Origin: Patescibacteria group bacterium
GTDB taxonomy: Bacteria > Patescibacteriota > Minisyncoccia > UBA6257 > GWB1-50-10
Reading direction: 5' to 3'
Length of the DNA stretch: 64,000 bases
Assembly (NCBI GenBank): GCA_038065455.1
Contig: JBBTQX010000004.1
Location: 5,157-69,156 of the forward strand
In this document: one piece after another, positions 28,055 to 38,300 of the stretch
Position numbering within the stretch: position 1 is the stretch's first letter
Layout of the letters: the number at the start of each line of letters is the position of its first letter
Notes under the pieces: generated by a model
What the model saw: only the letters and a program-made list of their open reading frames with translations
Database searches by the model: none
What the model was told of the DNA's origin: nothing
Translations under genes and position numbers: made by a program

Positions 28055-29275
28055 CTATTTAATAGGGAAATCCTTGCAGATTCGGCCTACTTCTTTTTTG
28101 AGGATTTCCGGTTTTTTCTCTTTCAAAAGCGCTTCGGAAATGAGCCGCCCGATTATTTTCATCTGCCTTTCTTTTAAACCGCGGGTCGTGAGCGCGGCCG
28201 TTCCCAGCCGGATGCCCGACGGGCTCATTGGCGTGCGTGTGTCGTGCGGAATGGTGTTTTTGTTCGCGATAATACCGATATCTTCCAGAAGCTCGCTGGT
28301 TTCCTGTCCGCTCAAACCGCGCGCCCAAGTATCCAAAAGTATAAGATGCGAATCCGTGCCGCCCGAAACTATTTTCCAATGAAGTTTTTTCAGAGTCTCC
28401 GCGAGAGCTTTGGCATTTCTGACCGTCTGCTTCGCATACTTCCTAAAGCCAGGTTCGGCCGCTTCTTTCAGAGCCACGGCTGTCGCGGCGATCTGATTGC
28501 CGTGAGGGCCGCCCTGAAGGCCGGGGAAAACGCTTTTATCTATCGCTTCCGAGAATTTATTGCGCGAGAAGATGAGCGCCGCTCTCGGTCCGCGCAAAGT
28601 TTTGTGCATTGTGGTCGTAACCACGTCGGCCGAAGAAAATGGCGAAGGATAAGCGCCGCCCGCGATCAAGCCCGCGAAATGGGACATATCCACCATAAAA
28701 ATCGCACCGGAAGATTTGGCGATTCTCTGGAATTTTTTGAAATCGATTATCCGAGAGTAAGCGGTGTAGCCGGCCACAATTAGTTTCGGCCGTTCTTTTT
28801 TCGCGATTCCGGAAACTTCGCCGTAATCGAGTTGGCCACTGCCTTTTTGGACAACGTAAGGAATAATCTTCCACAACTTTCCCGTCACGCTCACCTTGTG
28901 GCCATGGGTAAGGTGGCCGCCCATATCCAAACGCAACCCCATAATCTTTTCTCCGACCGGAACGAGCGCGAGATAAACGGCGAGATTGGCGGGGGAGCCG
29001 GAATAAGGCTGGATATTCACGGACCATTCTTTGGGTGAAAGCCGGAAAAGCTTCAAGGCGCGCTCTTTCGTAAGGTCTTCCAGCTTGTCCATCACTTCGT
29101 TCCCGCCATAATACCTCATTTTAGAGTAGCCTTCCGCGTATTTATTGGTAAAAACGGAGCCTAGGGCAGCCAAAACATCGTCGGAGACGTAATTTTCCGA
29201 AGCAATCAGATTCAAAGTGTCGTTTTGCCGCTTAGCCTCGCTGTTTATGAGATTTTCGACGATTTTATCGTTCAT
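28055..29275 (-). CDS. glyA: serine hydroxymethyltransferase
   Basis: LIASENYVSDDVLAALGSVFTNKYAEGY is present. The PLP-binding region reads TTTMHKTLRGPR. Confidence 0.95.
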   Translation of the reverse strand: MNDKIVENLINSEAKRQNDTLNLIASENYVSDDVLAALGSVFTNKYAEGYSKMRYYGGNEVMDKLEDLTKERALKLFRLSPKEWSVNIQPYSGSPANLAVYLALVPVGEKIMGLRLDMGGHLTHGHKVSVTGKLWKIIPYVVQKGSGQLDYGEVSGIAKKERPKLIVAGYTAYSRIIDFKKFQRIAKSSGAIFMVDMSHFAGLIAGGAYPSPFSSADVVTTTMHKTLRGPRAALIFSRNKFSEAIDKSVFPGLQGGPHGNQIAATAVALKEAAEPGFRKYAKQTVRNAKALAETLKKLHWKIVSGGTDSHLILLDTWARGLSGQETSELLEDIGIIANKNTIPHDTRTPMSPSGIRLGTAALTTRGLKERQMKIIGRLISEALLKEKKPEILKKEVGRICKDFPIK

Positions 29276-29317
29276 TGTTTCTTTAGTATAATCTTAAAAA
29301 ATCAAAAACACAAAGAA

Positions 29318-29347
29318 AAAGCGGGTGGTATACTCAAGTATACCACC
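29318..29347 (-). terminator. palindrome GGTGGTATACTCAAGTATACCACC plus T-run, acting as terminator for the ORF at 29378..29665
   Basis: On the minus strand the palindrome is followed by CGCTTTTTCTTTG. A near-identical palindrome lies at 15471-15494 inside murD. Confidence 0.5.
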
Positions 29348-29377
29348 CTGTTTTTTAATCAAAGTAATCAGTCCGAA

Positions 29378-29665
29378 CTATTTATTCAGTAAATCGTTCA
29401 GATCATTCAGCGAGTTCTGTTCATCTTGAAGCCCGGAAAAACTGTCGGGAAGAGAGGTTTTGGCCGGCGTGCTTGTGGGCGTTGTAGTCGCAATATTATT
29501 TTCCGCCGGCAATTGGGCGTTGTAGTCATCTTCGGTCAGATTGGCCGCCGGGAACACTTCGGCCGGAGGAGGAAATATCATCGGAATGTAGGCGGCCATA
29601 AGTCCGATTGCCATTAAAATAGCGAAGGTTGCCAACACCACCCGATTATTTTTGAAGCTGTTCAT
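29378..29665 (-). CDS. hypothetical small membrane-anchored protein (95 aa)
   Basis: The N-terminus has a TM helix and the C-terminus is Thr/Pro-rich. No recognisable motif was found. Confidence 0.4.
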   Translation of the reverse strand: MNSFKNNRVVLATFAILMAIGLMAAYIPMIFPPPAEVFPAANLTEDDYNAQLPAENNIATTTPTSTPAKTSLPDSFSGLQDEQNSLNDLNDLLNK

Positions 29666-30228
29666 AAAAGCTGATTTTGAGCCGATAGTTCTTCCTTATA
29701 TTCTATCGCAAGTTTGGTCATTCGGGAAGAATAGCGCTCCGGTATCCAGAGATAGCCTTGTTTTTTGATGAGTTCATACAGCTCTTTCGTCACCTTCACA
29801 TCCTGCAGGCAATAATCCTTGAGTTCTTGGATCTCCCCTCGCCGATACATTTCTATCGCCTCTAGCCCGTGGCTGGATTTGCCGATACCGAGATTCGCCT
29901 CGGCCAGAATTCCCAAACCGATGCGCCGGCCGAGATTCTTTTCCACTTCTTCGAGAATGTCGAAGTGCTCGATGGAATTGAAATTAAAGCTGAAATATTT
30001 TTCGAGGACCGGCAAATCGAAACGCACGCCGGCAAAGGTAACGATAAGCTGAGTGCGCTTTAAAAGCTCGCCCAGTTTTTCCATCTCGTGCTCGTCAAAA
30101 GCGAAATATTTGTCTTCGTCGTAGGAGTAAACGCCTACTACCGACACCGACAAATCTTTCAGGTGGTCGCGGCCGCCCACATCCTCGAAGGAGTTTTTCG
30201 TCTCGATGTCCAATATAATACGGTCCAT
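29662..30228 (-). CDS. DEDD-type 3'-5' exonuclease domain protein
   Basis: MDRIILDIETKN is a DEDD Exo I-like motif. The start is taken at the internal Met at 30226-30228. The C-terminus reads YCLQDVKVTKELY. Confidence 0.5.
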   Translation of the reverse strand: MDRIILDIETKNSFEDVGGRDHLKDLSVSVVGVYSYDEDKYFAFDEHEMEKLGELLKRTQLIVTFAGVRFDLPVLEKYFSFNFNSIEHFDILEEVEKNLGRRIGLGILAEANLGIGKSSHGLEAIEMYRRGEIQELKDYCLQDVKVTKELYELIKKQGYLWIPERYSSRMTKLAIEYKEELSAQNQLL

Positions 30229-30229
30229 G

Positions 30230-30733
30230 TTAAACGTGTCGGTCCGCAACTTTGGAGGCGGCATAGCTGTCGGGCTTGGTTTTTGCCTCGAAATTGTTGG
30301 CCCGCACCATTCCCACGACTTCCTGAATGAGATTTTTGGTCGGGCCGTTTTCGCCCACGTCCACGTGGATTTCGAAATCCCAGTTCAATTTCACGCCTTG
30401 CGCCGCCTGCTCTTTCGTAACTTTTTCCAAGTCGGTCAGAATGGCTTTCGCGGTATCGATGGAGAGCATTACTTCCTGGATGATGCGGTCGTGGAGATTG
30501 TAGAATTTGCCCATATCAAGCCGGCGCCAGAAATACCGGCCGCCATTCCCCACGCGGTGCACCACAATTGCGGTTACGAAGTCTGCATCGTTGTCCTGCA
30601 AACGCAAAGAATCGCTTCCGATAATCACTTTGTAATGCGCGTTCGGCTTTATTTTTATGAAATCTAAAATCTCCCGCACAACCTGGTCGGCATCAATTTT
30701 TAATCCGTATGATGTGTTGAAAACCGTATTCAT
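30230..30733 (-). CDS. DUF458/YkuK-like RNase H-fold protein
   Basis: YKVIIGSDSLRLQDNDADFVTAIVVHRVGNGGRYF resembles the YkuK family pattern. Confidence 0.45.
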   Translation of the reverse strand: MNTVFNTSYGLKIDADQVVREILDFIKIKPNAHYKVIIGSDSLRLQDNDADFVTAIVVHRVGNGGRYFWRRLDMGKFYNLHDRIIQEVMLSIDTAKAILTDLEKVTKEQAAQGVKLNWDFEIHVDVGENGPTKNLIQEVVGMVRANNFEAKTKPDSYAASKVADRHV

Positions 30734-30738
30734 TGTTG

Positions 30739-30766
30739 ATATAAAAATACGCCCCAGGAAGGGGCG
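30739..30766 (-). terminator. rho-independent terminator (CGCCCC-aggaa-GGGGCG then T-run on the minus strand)
   Basis: The hairpin is at 30750-30766. On the minus strand it is followed by TATTTTTATAT. The likely function is to end the ftsH-tRNA transcript. Confidence 0.45.
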
Positions 30767-30803
30767 GTGTCAAATGAAACTCTATTTTTTTCTTCAGGAC
30801 TTC

Positions 30804-30950
30804 TTAACGTCGGCCCAAAAGAAACAATAGCCCCAACAGAACGAATATCGCCGCCTCCAGCCAATTTTGTTTTTGAAAAGCTTCAATTAAAGCTAATCCG
30901 AAAAATAATACAAATACCGCGAAGTTGGCGCCGAACTTAATCTTTTTCAT
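30804..30950 (-). CDS. small hydrophobic ORF (48 aa), speculative
   Basis: The translation is MKKIKFGANFAVFVLFFGLALIEAFQKQNWLEAAIFVLLGLLFLLGRR, which has two TM helices. It lies directly downstream of the tRNA pair and is too short for the ORF track. Confidence 0.25.
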   Translation of the reverse strand: MKKIKFGANFAVFVLFFGLALIEAFQKQNWLEAAIFVLLGLLFLLGRR

Positions 30951-30953
30951 TTG

Positions 30954-31025
30954 TGGGCGATGAGGGATTTGAACCCCCGGCCTTCATCGTGTAAAGATGT
31001 TGCTCTACCACTGAGCTAATCGCCC
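30954..31025 (-). tRNA. tRNA-Val (anticodon UAC)
   Basis: The cloverleaf reads GGGCGAT-TA-GCTCAGTGGTAGAGC-A-ACATC-TTTACAC-GATGA-AGGCC-GGGGG-TTCAAAT-CCCTC-ATCGCCC-A. CCA is not encoded. Confidence 0.85.
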
Positions 31026-31032
31026 TGGATTG

Positions 31033-31106
31033 TCGGCCCGGAAGGACTCGAACCTTCGAATAGACGAGGTATAAGCTCGTTGCATTAGCCGCTATGCTAC
31101 GGGCCG
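31033..31106 (-). tRNA. tRNA with anticodon UAU, putative tRNA-Ile2(UAU) reading AUA
   Basis: The cloverleaf has acceptor CGGCCCG/CGGGCCG, D-arm GCAT-AGCGGCTA-ATGC, anticodon arm ACGAG-CTTATAC-CTCGT, a 6-nt variable loop, T-arm GAAGG-TTCGAGT-CCTTC and discriminator A. It directly abuts the ftsH stop codon. Confidence 0.65.
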
Positions 31107-32951
31107 TTAGGCCTTCAATCCTACTTGCTTCAGATTAAAGCTTTTTATGATTTTGTAAAACTCTTCCTGTTCCAAGGTCTCTTTTTCCATGAGCGCCTTA
31201 GCGATGGTATCCAGAACGGTGCGGTGGGCCGTCACGATTTTTTTGGCGATGTTTAAGGTCTTCTCGATTATCTTATTCACCTCGGCATCTATTTCAGTAC
31301 CGACGGTTTCGGAATAATCTTTTTCAGTCGTCATCTCGCGGCCCAAAAAAATCAGTTCTTGGGTCTTGCCAAAGGTGCGCGGCCCGAGTTTTTCACTCAT
31401 GCCATATCTGGTCACCATCCGATGGGCATCGTCCGTCGCATTCTTGATATCACTCGAGGAGCCGGTCGTAATGTCTTTGAAAACCAATTGCTCCGCCACA
31501 TATCCGCCGAAGGATACGGCGAGGTCGGCCAAAAACTGCGTCTTGGTGCGGAGATGGGTTTCTTCAAGCGGCAATTTTATCGTATAACCGCCGGCCATTC
31601 CTCGGCTGATAATGGAAACCTTGTGTATCGGGTCGGCATCTTTCAAAGCCGCCGCGACAAGCGCGTGGCCGGCCTCGTGATAGGCGGTGATTTTCTTTTC
31701 GTTGTCGGAGATGACGCGGCTTCGGCGCGCGGGTCCGAGCATCACTTTCTCGATGGAACTCAAAAAATCTTCCTGGTCGACAATTTTCTTATTCTCCCGG
31801 GCGGCTTTGATGGCCGCTTCGTTTATGAGATTCGCCAAGTCCGCTCCGGCGAAGCCCGGCGTGCGCACCGCCACCACTTTCAAATCGACATTTTTCGCGA
31901 GCGGCTTTCCGATGGCGTGGATTTTCAAAATCTCTTCCCGGTCTTTGATGTCGGGACTGTCCAGAACCACGCGCCGATCGAATCGGCCGGGTCTCAAAAG
32001 CGCGGCGTCCAAAACATCCGGGCGATTTGTTGCCGCCATCACGATAACATTGGAGTTCCGTTCAAAGCCATCCATTTCAACGAGAATTTGATTCAAGGTC
32101 TGTTCGCGCTCGTCATGGCCGCCGCCCATCCCGGTGCCGCGCTCGCGTCCCACCGCATCAATCTCATCTATGAAAATAATGGAAGGCGCGGCTTTCTTGG
32201 CTGTCATAAACAAATCCCGCACGCGGCTTGCACCCACGCCCACGAACATTTCGACGAATTCCGAAGCGGAGATATGAAAAAAAGGAACATTGCTCTCGCC
32301 CGCCACCGCCCGGGCCAAAAGGGTTTTGCCCGTGCCCGGCAGACCCATCAGAAGCACGCCGCGGGGAATACGCGCGCCGATATCCAGAAATTTCTTGGAA
32401 TTTTTCAAAAAATCCACTACTTCGCGCAATTCTTCTTTGGCTTCTTTCAATCCCGCCACATCCTTGAAGGTCACCTTGTCCTTACTTCGGGAAAAGAGCT
32501 TGATGTTCATTTTGCCGAATGAAAAGGCCTGATTCGCTCCGGTCTTCGCTTGGCGGAATATCCACCAAAAAATCAAAACCATAACGATTATGGGCAGGAT
32601 AATCGGAACAAGAATACCCATCCAATATTTGAAACCACTCTCGTCTTGGACGCTCAGTTGCAGTTTTATCAAAGCTTCTTTCGTTACGCCGTAACCGGTG
32701 AGCGTTTCGATTATTCCCGTCTCGTTCTCCTTGCGCGAATGGGCGTTCGTCCCATCGTTCAATTTTATTTCCAAATCATTGCCATTCACATTCACGCTCT
32801 TCACCTCGCCTGCGATTATTTTTTGGGCCAGAGCGTCAATTGTGAGCTTCTGCGAATCCGTACCGGCCGGCGCCGAAAAAAGCGAAAAGATAAAAGCGAC
32901 GAAAAATAAAAGGATTATGGCGCCCGTGAAATTTTTGGTAAACTTTTTCAT
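31107..32951 (-). CDS. ftsH: ATP-dependent zinc metalloprotease FtsH
   Basis: The Walker A motif is GLPGTGKT. The second region of homology is present. HEAGHAL is the zinc-binding site. The N-terminus has TM segments. The ATG overlaps the inverted repeat of element copy b. Confidence 0.95.
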   Translation of the reverse strand: MKKFTKNFTGAIILLFFVAFIFSLFSAPAGTDSQKLTIDALAQKIIAGEVKSVNVNGNDLEIKLNDGTNAHSRKENETGIIETLTGYGVTKEALIKLQLSVQDESGFKYWMGILVPIILPIIVMVLIFWWIFRQAKTGANQAFSFGKMNIKLFSRSKDKVTFKDVAGLKEAKEELREVVDFLKNSKKFLDIGARIPRGVLLMGLPGTGKTLLARAVAGESNVPFFHISASEFVEMFVGVGASRVRDLFMTAKKAAPSIIFIDEIDAVGRERGTGMGGGHDEREQTLNQILVEMDGFERNSNVIVMAATNRPDVLDAALLRPGRFDRRVVLDSPDIKDREEILKIHAIGKPLAKNVDLKVVAVRTPGFAGADLANLINEAAIKAARENKKIVDQEDFLSSIEKVMLGPARRSRVISDNEKKITAYHEAGHALVAAALKDADPIHKVSIISRGMAGGYTIKLPLEETHLRTKTQFLADLAVSFGGYVAEQLVFKDITTGSSSDIKNATDDAHRMVTRYGMSEKLGPRTFGKTQELIFLGREMTTEKDYSETVGTEIDAEVNKIIEKTLNIAKKIVTAHRTVLDTIAKALMEKETLEQEEFYKIIKSFNLKQVGLKA

Positions 32952-33064
32952 CCCGTTAGAAACAGGATGCGCTTTTTAAGCGTATCCGTATTATTAAACT
33001 TATTTATTTCTTTATTTTTCATGGAATATTCTATATTATACTTAGCAAATTTCTAACGGGATGA
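32949..33064. mobile_element. small element bounded by inverted repeats (copy b)
   Basis: The ends are CATCCCGTTAGAAAC ... ATTTCTAACGGGATG. The internal hairpin is GGATGCGC..GCGTATCC and the core is AT-rich. The left repeat arm contains the ftsH start codon. Confidence 0.6.
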
Positions 33065-33125
33065 ATATTTTATATCATAACAAAAAAACAAACCGCCCTC
33101 AAATGAGAGCGGGTTCGAGTTTCTA

Positions 33126-34217
33126 CTACCTGGTTAATTTCAAAACAATTCTCTTTTCCTGCGTTTTCACTTCGTGGACTGTGAAATCGTAGGCTTGGCC
33201 GATTGTCAGTTCTTTTCTCATTTCCGGCAAGCCGCCGAAATCCGTCACATGCACCTGACCCTGCAAACCGTGCTCCAGATTCACAACCGCGCCGAAAGGA
33301 TTGAAGACGTAGACCGTGCCCTTTACCGCATCGCTTTCCTTGAAAAGCTCTTCGACTTTGGTCCAGGGATCTTCTTTCAGAACCTTGAGCGAAAGCGAGA
33401 TACGGCCGTCCTTGATATCCACTATCTTGGCCTTAATCACTTCGTCTATTTTGACAAATTCCTTGGGGTTGTCGATTACGCGATGGTCAATTTCGGAAAC
33501 ATGGATGAATCCTTCAAGGGCCGGATTGTCGGTAAATCGGATAAAAATGCCGAAGTCCGCCACACCCGAGACCACTCCCTCGATATCCTGGCCAACCGAA
33601 TAGTTCTTGGCGAGCTCCTTGGCGCTCAATTCTTGGGCCGCCCGTTCGGAAACGATTAATTTGTTGGTGCGCGAGTTCGCATCGATTATTTTCACTTCGA
33701 ATTCCTGGCCCACAAAAGCCTGAAGCGCTTCGAGAATCTTGCCCTTTTCCTCCGCGCCGACTTTCGGATAGTGCTCGTTCGCCAATTGGGAAACTGGCAG
33801 GAAAGCTCCCAAGCCCCTGAGCTCGGCCATCAGCCCGCCTTTATTGAAACCGGTTATCTTCACTTTAATGGGCTCCTCTTTGCCCATCAATTCCTGAACA
33901 TCGGTCCAGGCTTTTTGTTTATCGGCTTGCGAAAGCGAGAGTTCTATTAATCCTTCTTCATTATCTATATTGACTACTTTGGCGTGCACCGGCTCGCCCA
34001 CATTCAAACTCTTCACAATTTCCTTCGCATTCTGAAGTTCGCCGCGATAAACGGCGCCCGTGCCGAAGCGGCCCAAATCTACCGTGAGCATTTTGGAACT
34101 TTTCTCCATTACTTTCCCTTCCACGAGATCGCCCGTCTTCAGGGTCGGCAAAAAATTCGGGTCCGTTTTCAAAAACTGGCCGATGAGGGTGTTCGCGCTC
34201 GGTTTCACTTTATCCAT
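33126..34217 (-). CDS. rpsA: 30S ribosomal protein S1-like (four S1 domains)
   Basis: Four tandem S1 / OB-fold modules are present. It is 363 aa, a short form of rpsA. Confidence 0.7.
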   Translation of the reverse strand: MDKVKPSANTLIGQFLKTDPNFLPTLKTGDLVEGKVMEKSSKMLTVDLGRFGTGAVYRGELQNAKEIVKSLNVGEPVHAKVVNIDNEEGLIELSLSQADKQKAWTDVQELMGKEEPIKVKITGFNKGGLMAELRGLGAFLPVSQLANEHYPKVGAEEKGKILEALQAFVGQEFEVKIIDANSRTNKLIVSERAAQELSAKELAKNYSVGQDIEGVVSGVADFGIFIRFTDNPALEGFIHVSEIDHRVIDNPKEFVKIDEVIKAKIVDIKDGRISLSLKVLKEDPWTKVEELFKESDAVKGTVYVFNPFGAVVNLEHGLQGQVHVTDFGGLPEMRKELTIGQAYDFTVHEVKTQEKRIVLKLTR

Positions 34218-34253
34218 ACTTGACGAAGATTATCATAAAAGCGCGTTGAAAAT

Positions 34254-34331
34254 CAATCCCGTTAGAAATCACGCCCGCGCGCAAGCGCGCCCCGCAGGGG
34301 CCTGCGGGGCGGGCTATTTCTAACGGGATCA
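34254..34331. mobile_element. small element bounded by inverted repeats (copy c), with a GC-rich hairpin core
   Basis: The ends are ATCCCGTTAGAAAT ... ATTTCTAACGGGAT, a 14-bp perfect inverted repeat. The core is GCCCGCCCCGCAGG-GGCC-CCTGCGGGGCGGGC. The flanks are ATCAAT and ATCAAC. Confidence 0.6.
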
Positions 34332-34387
34332 ACCCCTAAATTCATTGCTGAACATCAGAAACAATGATAAAATAGGATAAATTCAGT

Positions 34388-34960
34388 ATGATCATCAACT
34401 ACTACGGCGGAGATTACTTCAAAATCCAGGCCGGAGACCTCGCCATTCTCATCGACCCGGAAAACCAGCGCTCGTTCAAGGGCGCGACATTGGCGTTGAA
34501 CACCATAAGGCCGAGTTTGGCAGAAGCGCCTCTTGAAGCTTCTCCGGCATGGATAGACCACCAAGGGGAGTATGAGGTGAACGGAATAAGGGTAGAGGGC
34601 CGGACATTGGGTGAAGAGGAAAAAAAGGAAAAGACGGCTTATCGAATCGAGTTCGACGAGGTTCGCATCGGCGTTTTGGGCCATCTCGCGAAAGATCCCG
34701 ATCCGAAGATGCAGGAGTTTTTGATGGATTGCGATGTGCTGATTATTCCGGCCGGAGAAAAGCCTTTTATTTCTTCCGCGGCGGCGGCTAAACTCATCCG
34801 CCAGCTCGAACCTTCGATTGTCATTCCGTCTTTCGCCGAGAATCCCAAACCGTTTCTCAAAGAGATGGGGCAGGAAAAAATAACAGCGGAAGAGAAATTC
34901 GTCTTTAAAAAGAAAGATCTTGCGCCGAAAGCGATGATCGTAAAATGGCTGGCTTCCTGA
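34388..34960 (+). CDS. metallo-beta-lactamase-fold hydrolase family protein (tentative)
   Basis: YFKIQAGDLAILIDP..VLIIPAG resembles the UPF0173 / MBL-fold pattern. No HxHxDH motif is visible, so the call is weak. Confidence 0.35.
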   Translation: MIINYYGGDYFKIQAGDLAILIDPENQRSFKGATLALNTIRPSLAEAPLEASPAWIDHQGEYEVNGIRVEGRTLGEEEKKEKTAYRIEFDEVRIGVLGHLAKDPDPKMQEFLMDCDVLIIPAGEKPFISSAAAAKLIRQLEPSIVIPSFAENPKPFLKEMGQEKITAEEKFVFKKKDLAPKAMIVKWLAS

Positions 34961-35310
34961 AAAAAATCAGCGAATTCCTGCGGCGGGTCCGTCGCTCGGA
35001 CGACCGCGAGAAAAAACGCTGGATGATTTTTTTCTCCGCTATCGGGATGATTGCCGTCGTCGCCCTTTGGATGGCTTATCTGAATATCACTCTTCCTAGA
35101 AGCTCCGCGGACGAAACGAGCGCGACCCCCGAAGAAATTGGAACATCGCCATCTTTCTTTAAAATTCTCGGAACGGGCTGGGAATCCGTTTGGAAAAGCA
35201 TCGAGAACAACGCGAATAATATCGGCAGAAATTTGGAAAATCAATGGCTGAATCTGATGGAGCAGGCAAAACGCACGAATGACGTGAACCTGGAAAAACC
35301 TTCGAATTAG
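34945..35310 (+). CDS. hypothetical membrane-anchored protein (121 aa)
   Basis: It has one TM helix (WMIFFSAIGMIAVVALWMAYL). No recognisable motif was found. Confidence 0.4.
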   Translation: MAGFLKKISEFLRRVRRSDDREKKRWMIFFSAIGMIAVVALWMAYLNITLPRSSADETSATPEEIGTSPSFFKILGTGWESVWKSIENNANNIGRNLENQWLNLMEQAKRTNDVNLEKPSN

Positions 35311-35335
35311 GATATATTAATTAAAGGAATAATTT

Positions 35336-38300
35336 ATGAATAAAGAAAAAGAAATACCGGAAGAAAGAAGGGACAAGATTCAGGCGCAGGAGATTACCTC
35401 CGAGCTCCGCGATTCCTATCTGGACTACGCGATGTCCGTCATCGTCTCGCGGGCTTTGCCCGACGTGCGCGACGGCCTGAAGCCGGTTCAGCGGAGAATT
35501 CTCTGGGCGATGTGGGACGACAGCCTGACGCACAGCGCCAAGTTCCGGAAATCGGCCAATGTCGTGGGTGCGGTCTTAGGGCGCTATCATCCGCACGGCG
35601 ACATCGCACTTTACGACGCGATGGCCCGAATGGCCCAGGATTTTTCCCTGCGCTATCCGCTAGTTGACGGGCAAGGCAATTGGGGATCGATCGACGGGGA
35701 TTCTCCCGCAGCAATGCGTTACTGCGTAACCGGAAACACTTTAATCATTACCGAAAAAGGACTGGTTCCGATTGAAAGTTTAGGAGATTCAAAAAATCTG
35801 GACGGCGAAGAAAAAAATATTCAAATAAAAATACTTTCTAAAAATAGGGGGGTTAACAAAGCCGTGAAATGGTTTGACAGCGGCAGACATCCAACGATTA
35901 AAGTGGAAACGAATCACGGATTTTCCTTGACGGGCAGTGAAAATCATCCGATTCTCACTTGGATAAAAAATCCCGCCACTGGCGCTCCTTCTTTCTCGTG
36001 GAAACTTTTAAACGATGTAAAAGAAGGAGATTTTGCCGTTATTGAAAGAACTTCCGATTTGTTATGGCCGGAAAAAAATATCAACCTGGCTTCTTATTGG
36101 CCAAATGAAAATAGGCGCTGGGATAAAAAAATCCTACCCAGAGAGTTGGATGAAAATTTAGCGTTCGTGCTTGGGGCGTTAATAGCGGAGGGAACAATCA
36201 AAGAAAATGAGATTGAATTCTGTAACAGCGATCCCGAATTCATAGATGAATTTAAGGCGAAATGGCGGAATGTTTTCCCCGATTGCCGCCTCCATCAGTT
36301 TTACCGCAAGCCGAATTCTTTTGGCAAAAAACCTTACCAAACGCTGGAGATACACTCCCGGCAAGTGGCGGCTCTATTGAGAAATGTCGGTCTTTTACCC
36401 GTGAAATCCGCCAAAAAAACGATTCCTAATCTGGTTCTTCAATCACCAAAGTCAGTTGTCGCTTCTTTCTTAAGGGCCTATTTCGAAGGAGACGGCAGTA
36501 TCAGCTGGAGCGGGAGAATGAACGAACTTAGCGCGGTTTCCACAAGCGAGAAACTTATTAAAGAAATTCAAATAGCACTTTTGAGATTTGGGATAGTATC
36601 CGCGAAAAGATTTGATAGATTAAAAAGCAATCACAAGCTCTATATTCGCGGCCTGAAAAACTACGCGCTTTTCAAAAAGCAGGTAGATTTTGCTGTTTCG
36701 GTCAAAAAAACAAAGTTGAACGGCTTATTGGAAAAAACCGAAAGAGATTCTTCATTGACGGACTTCGTGCCATTTTTATCAGAATTCATAAGGAAAAATA
36801 CGGAACGAGATTATAAAAAAGAAAGAATAACCAACCATTACAATTTTGACCGTTATTCAAACCTAAAAAACAGAGAAGCGGGCATATTAACTGCGGTTCG
36901 CTCCGAAATAAAAACCAAAACCGCCGGAGTCCTGGAATCCCTACTTTCAAACAATTACCTTTTTGACCCGATTGTAAAAGTGGAAAAAGGCGGAATTGAA
37001 AAAGTTTATTCGGTAAAAGTCGCCAGTGATTGCCACTCTTTCGTTGCGAACGGTTTTATAAATCACAACACGGAGGCGCGCCTTTCGCGGATAGCGGAGG
37101 AACTTCTCACGGATATCGAAAAAGAAACGGTGGATTGGCAGCCGAACTACGACGCCACCCGCGAAGAACCGAAATTCCTGCCGGCCCGGCTTCCGAATCT
37201 GCTTTTGAACGGCACGGTCGGCATCGCGGTCGGTATGGCGACATCCATTCCGCCCCATAATCTGGGCGAGATTGCGGACGCGACCGCTCATCTAATAGAG
37301 CACCCCGACGCCGATATAAAAGAATTGATGCAATTTATGCCCGGGCCGGACTTTCCGACCGGCGGAATCATCTACGACAAAAAAGCGCTCGAGGAAGCCT
37401 ACACGACCGGCAAGGGTTCGGTCACTATCCGCGCCAAAGCTGAGATAGAAGAAAGAACCCATTCAAAACACACCGGTCAGGCGTCATCGGGCAGCTTCCA
37501 GATAATCATCTCCGAAATTCCGTATCAGGTGAATAAATCCGATCTCATCACCAAGATGGCCGAACTCGTGACGGACAAGAAAATCGAGGGTATCCGCGAC
37601 ATTCGCGACGAATCCGACCGTGAAGGCCTCCGCATCGTCGTGGAATTAAAGAACGACTCCTCGCCCCAGAAAATACTGAATCAGCTCTATGAATATACCG
37701 AACTCCAGAAGAATTTTTATTACAACGTTCTCGCGCTCGTAAACGGCCTTCAGTCGGAGATACTATCGCTCAAAGACGTGCTCTCGGAATATCTGGAACA
37801 CCGGAAAATAGTAATTCGCCGCCGAACGGAATTCGACCTCAAAAAAGCCCAGGACCGCGCCCATATTCTCGAAGGCCTCGTTAAGGCACTCGATAACATA
37901 GACAAAATAATCTCGACCATCAAGAAATCGAGAGACCGCGAAACGGCGAAACAGAGTCTGGTCAAGAATTTCAAACTCTCACCTCTCCAAGCCGACGCCA
38001 TTTTGGAAATGAAACTTCAAAGTCTTGCCGCCCTCGAACGGGAAAGACTGGAGAACGAGCTTAAGGAAAAAAGAAAGCTTATCGCTGAGCTCGAGTTGAT
38101 ATTAAAACAGCCGAAGAGGATATTAGGCATCATTAAAGATGATCTTCTGGATCTCAAAAAAATCTTCGCTGACCCGCGCCGGACGAAAATCATCGCGACC
38201 GGACTTAAAGAATTCAAGGAAGAGGATCTAATTCCTCAAGAAGAGGCTATTATCACCTTCACTCAAGACGGCTATGTGAAAAGGATGCCGCCGACGACCT

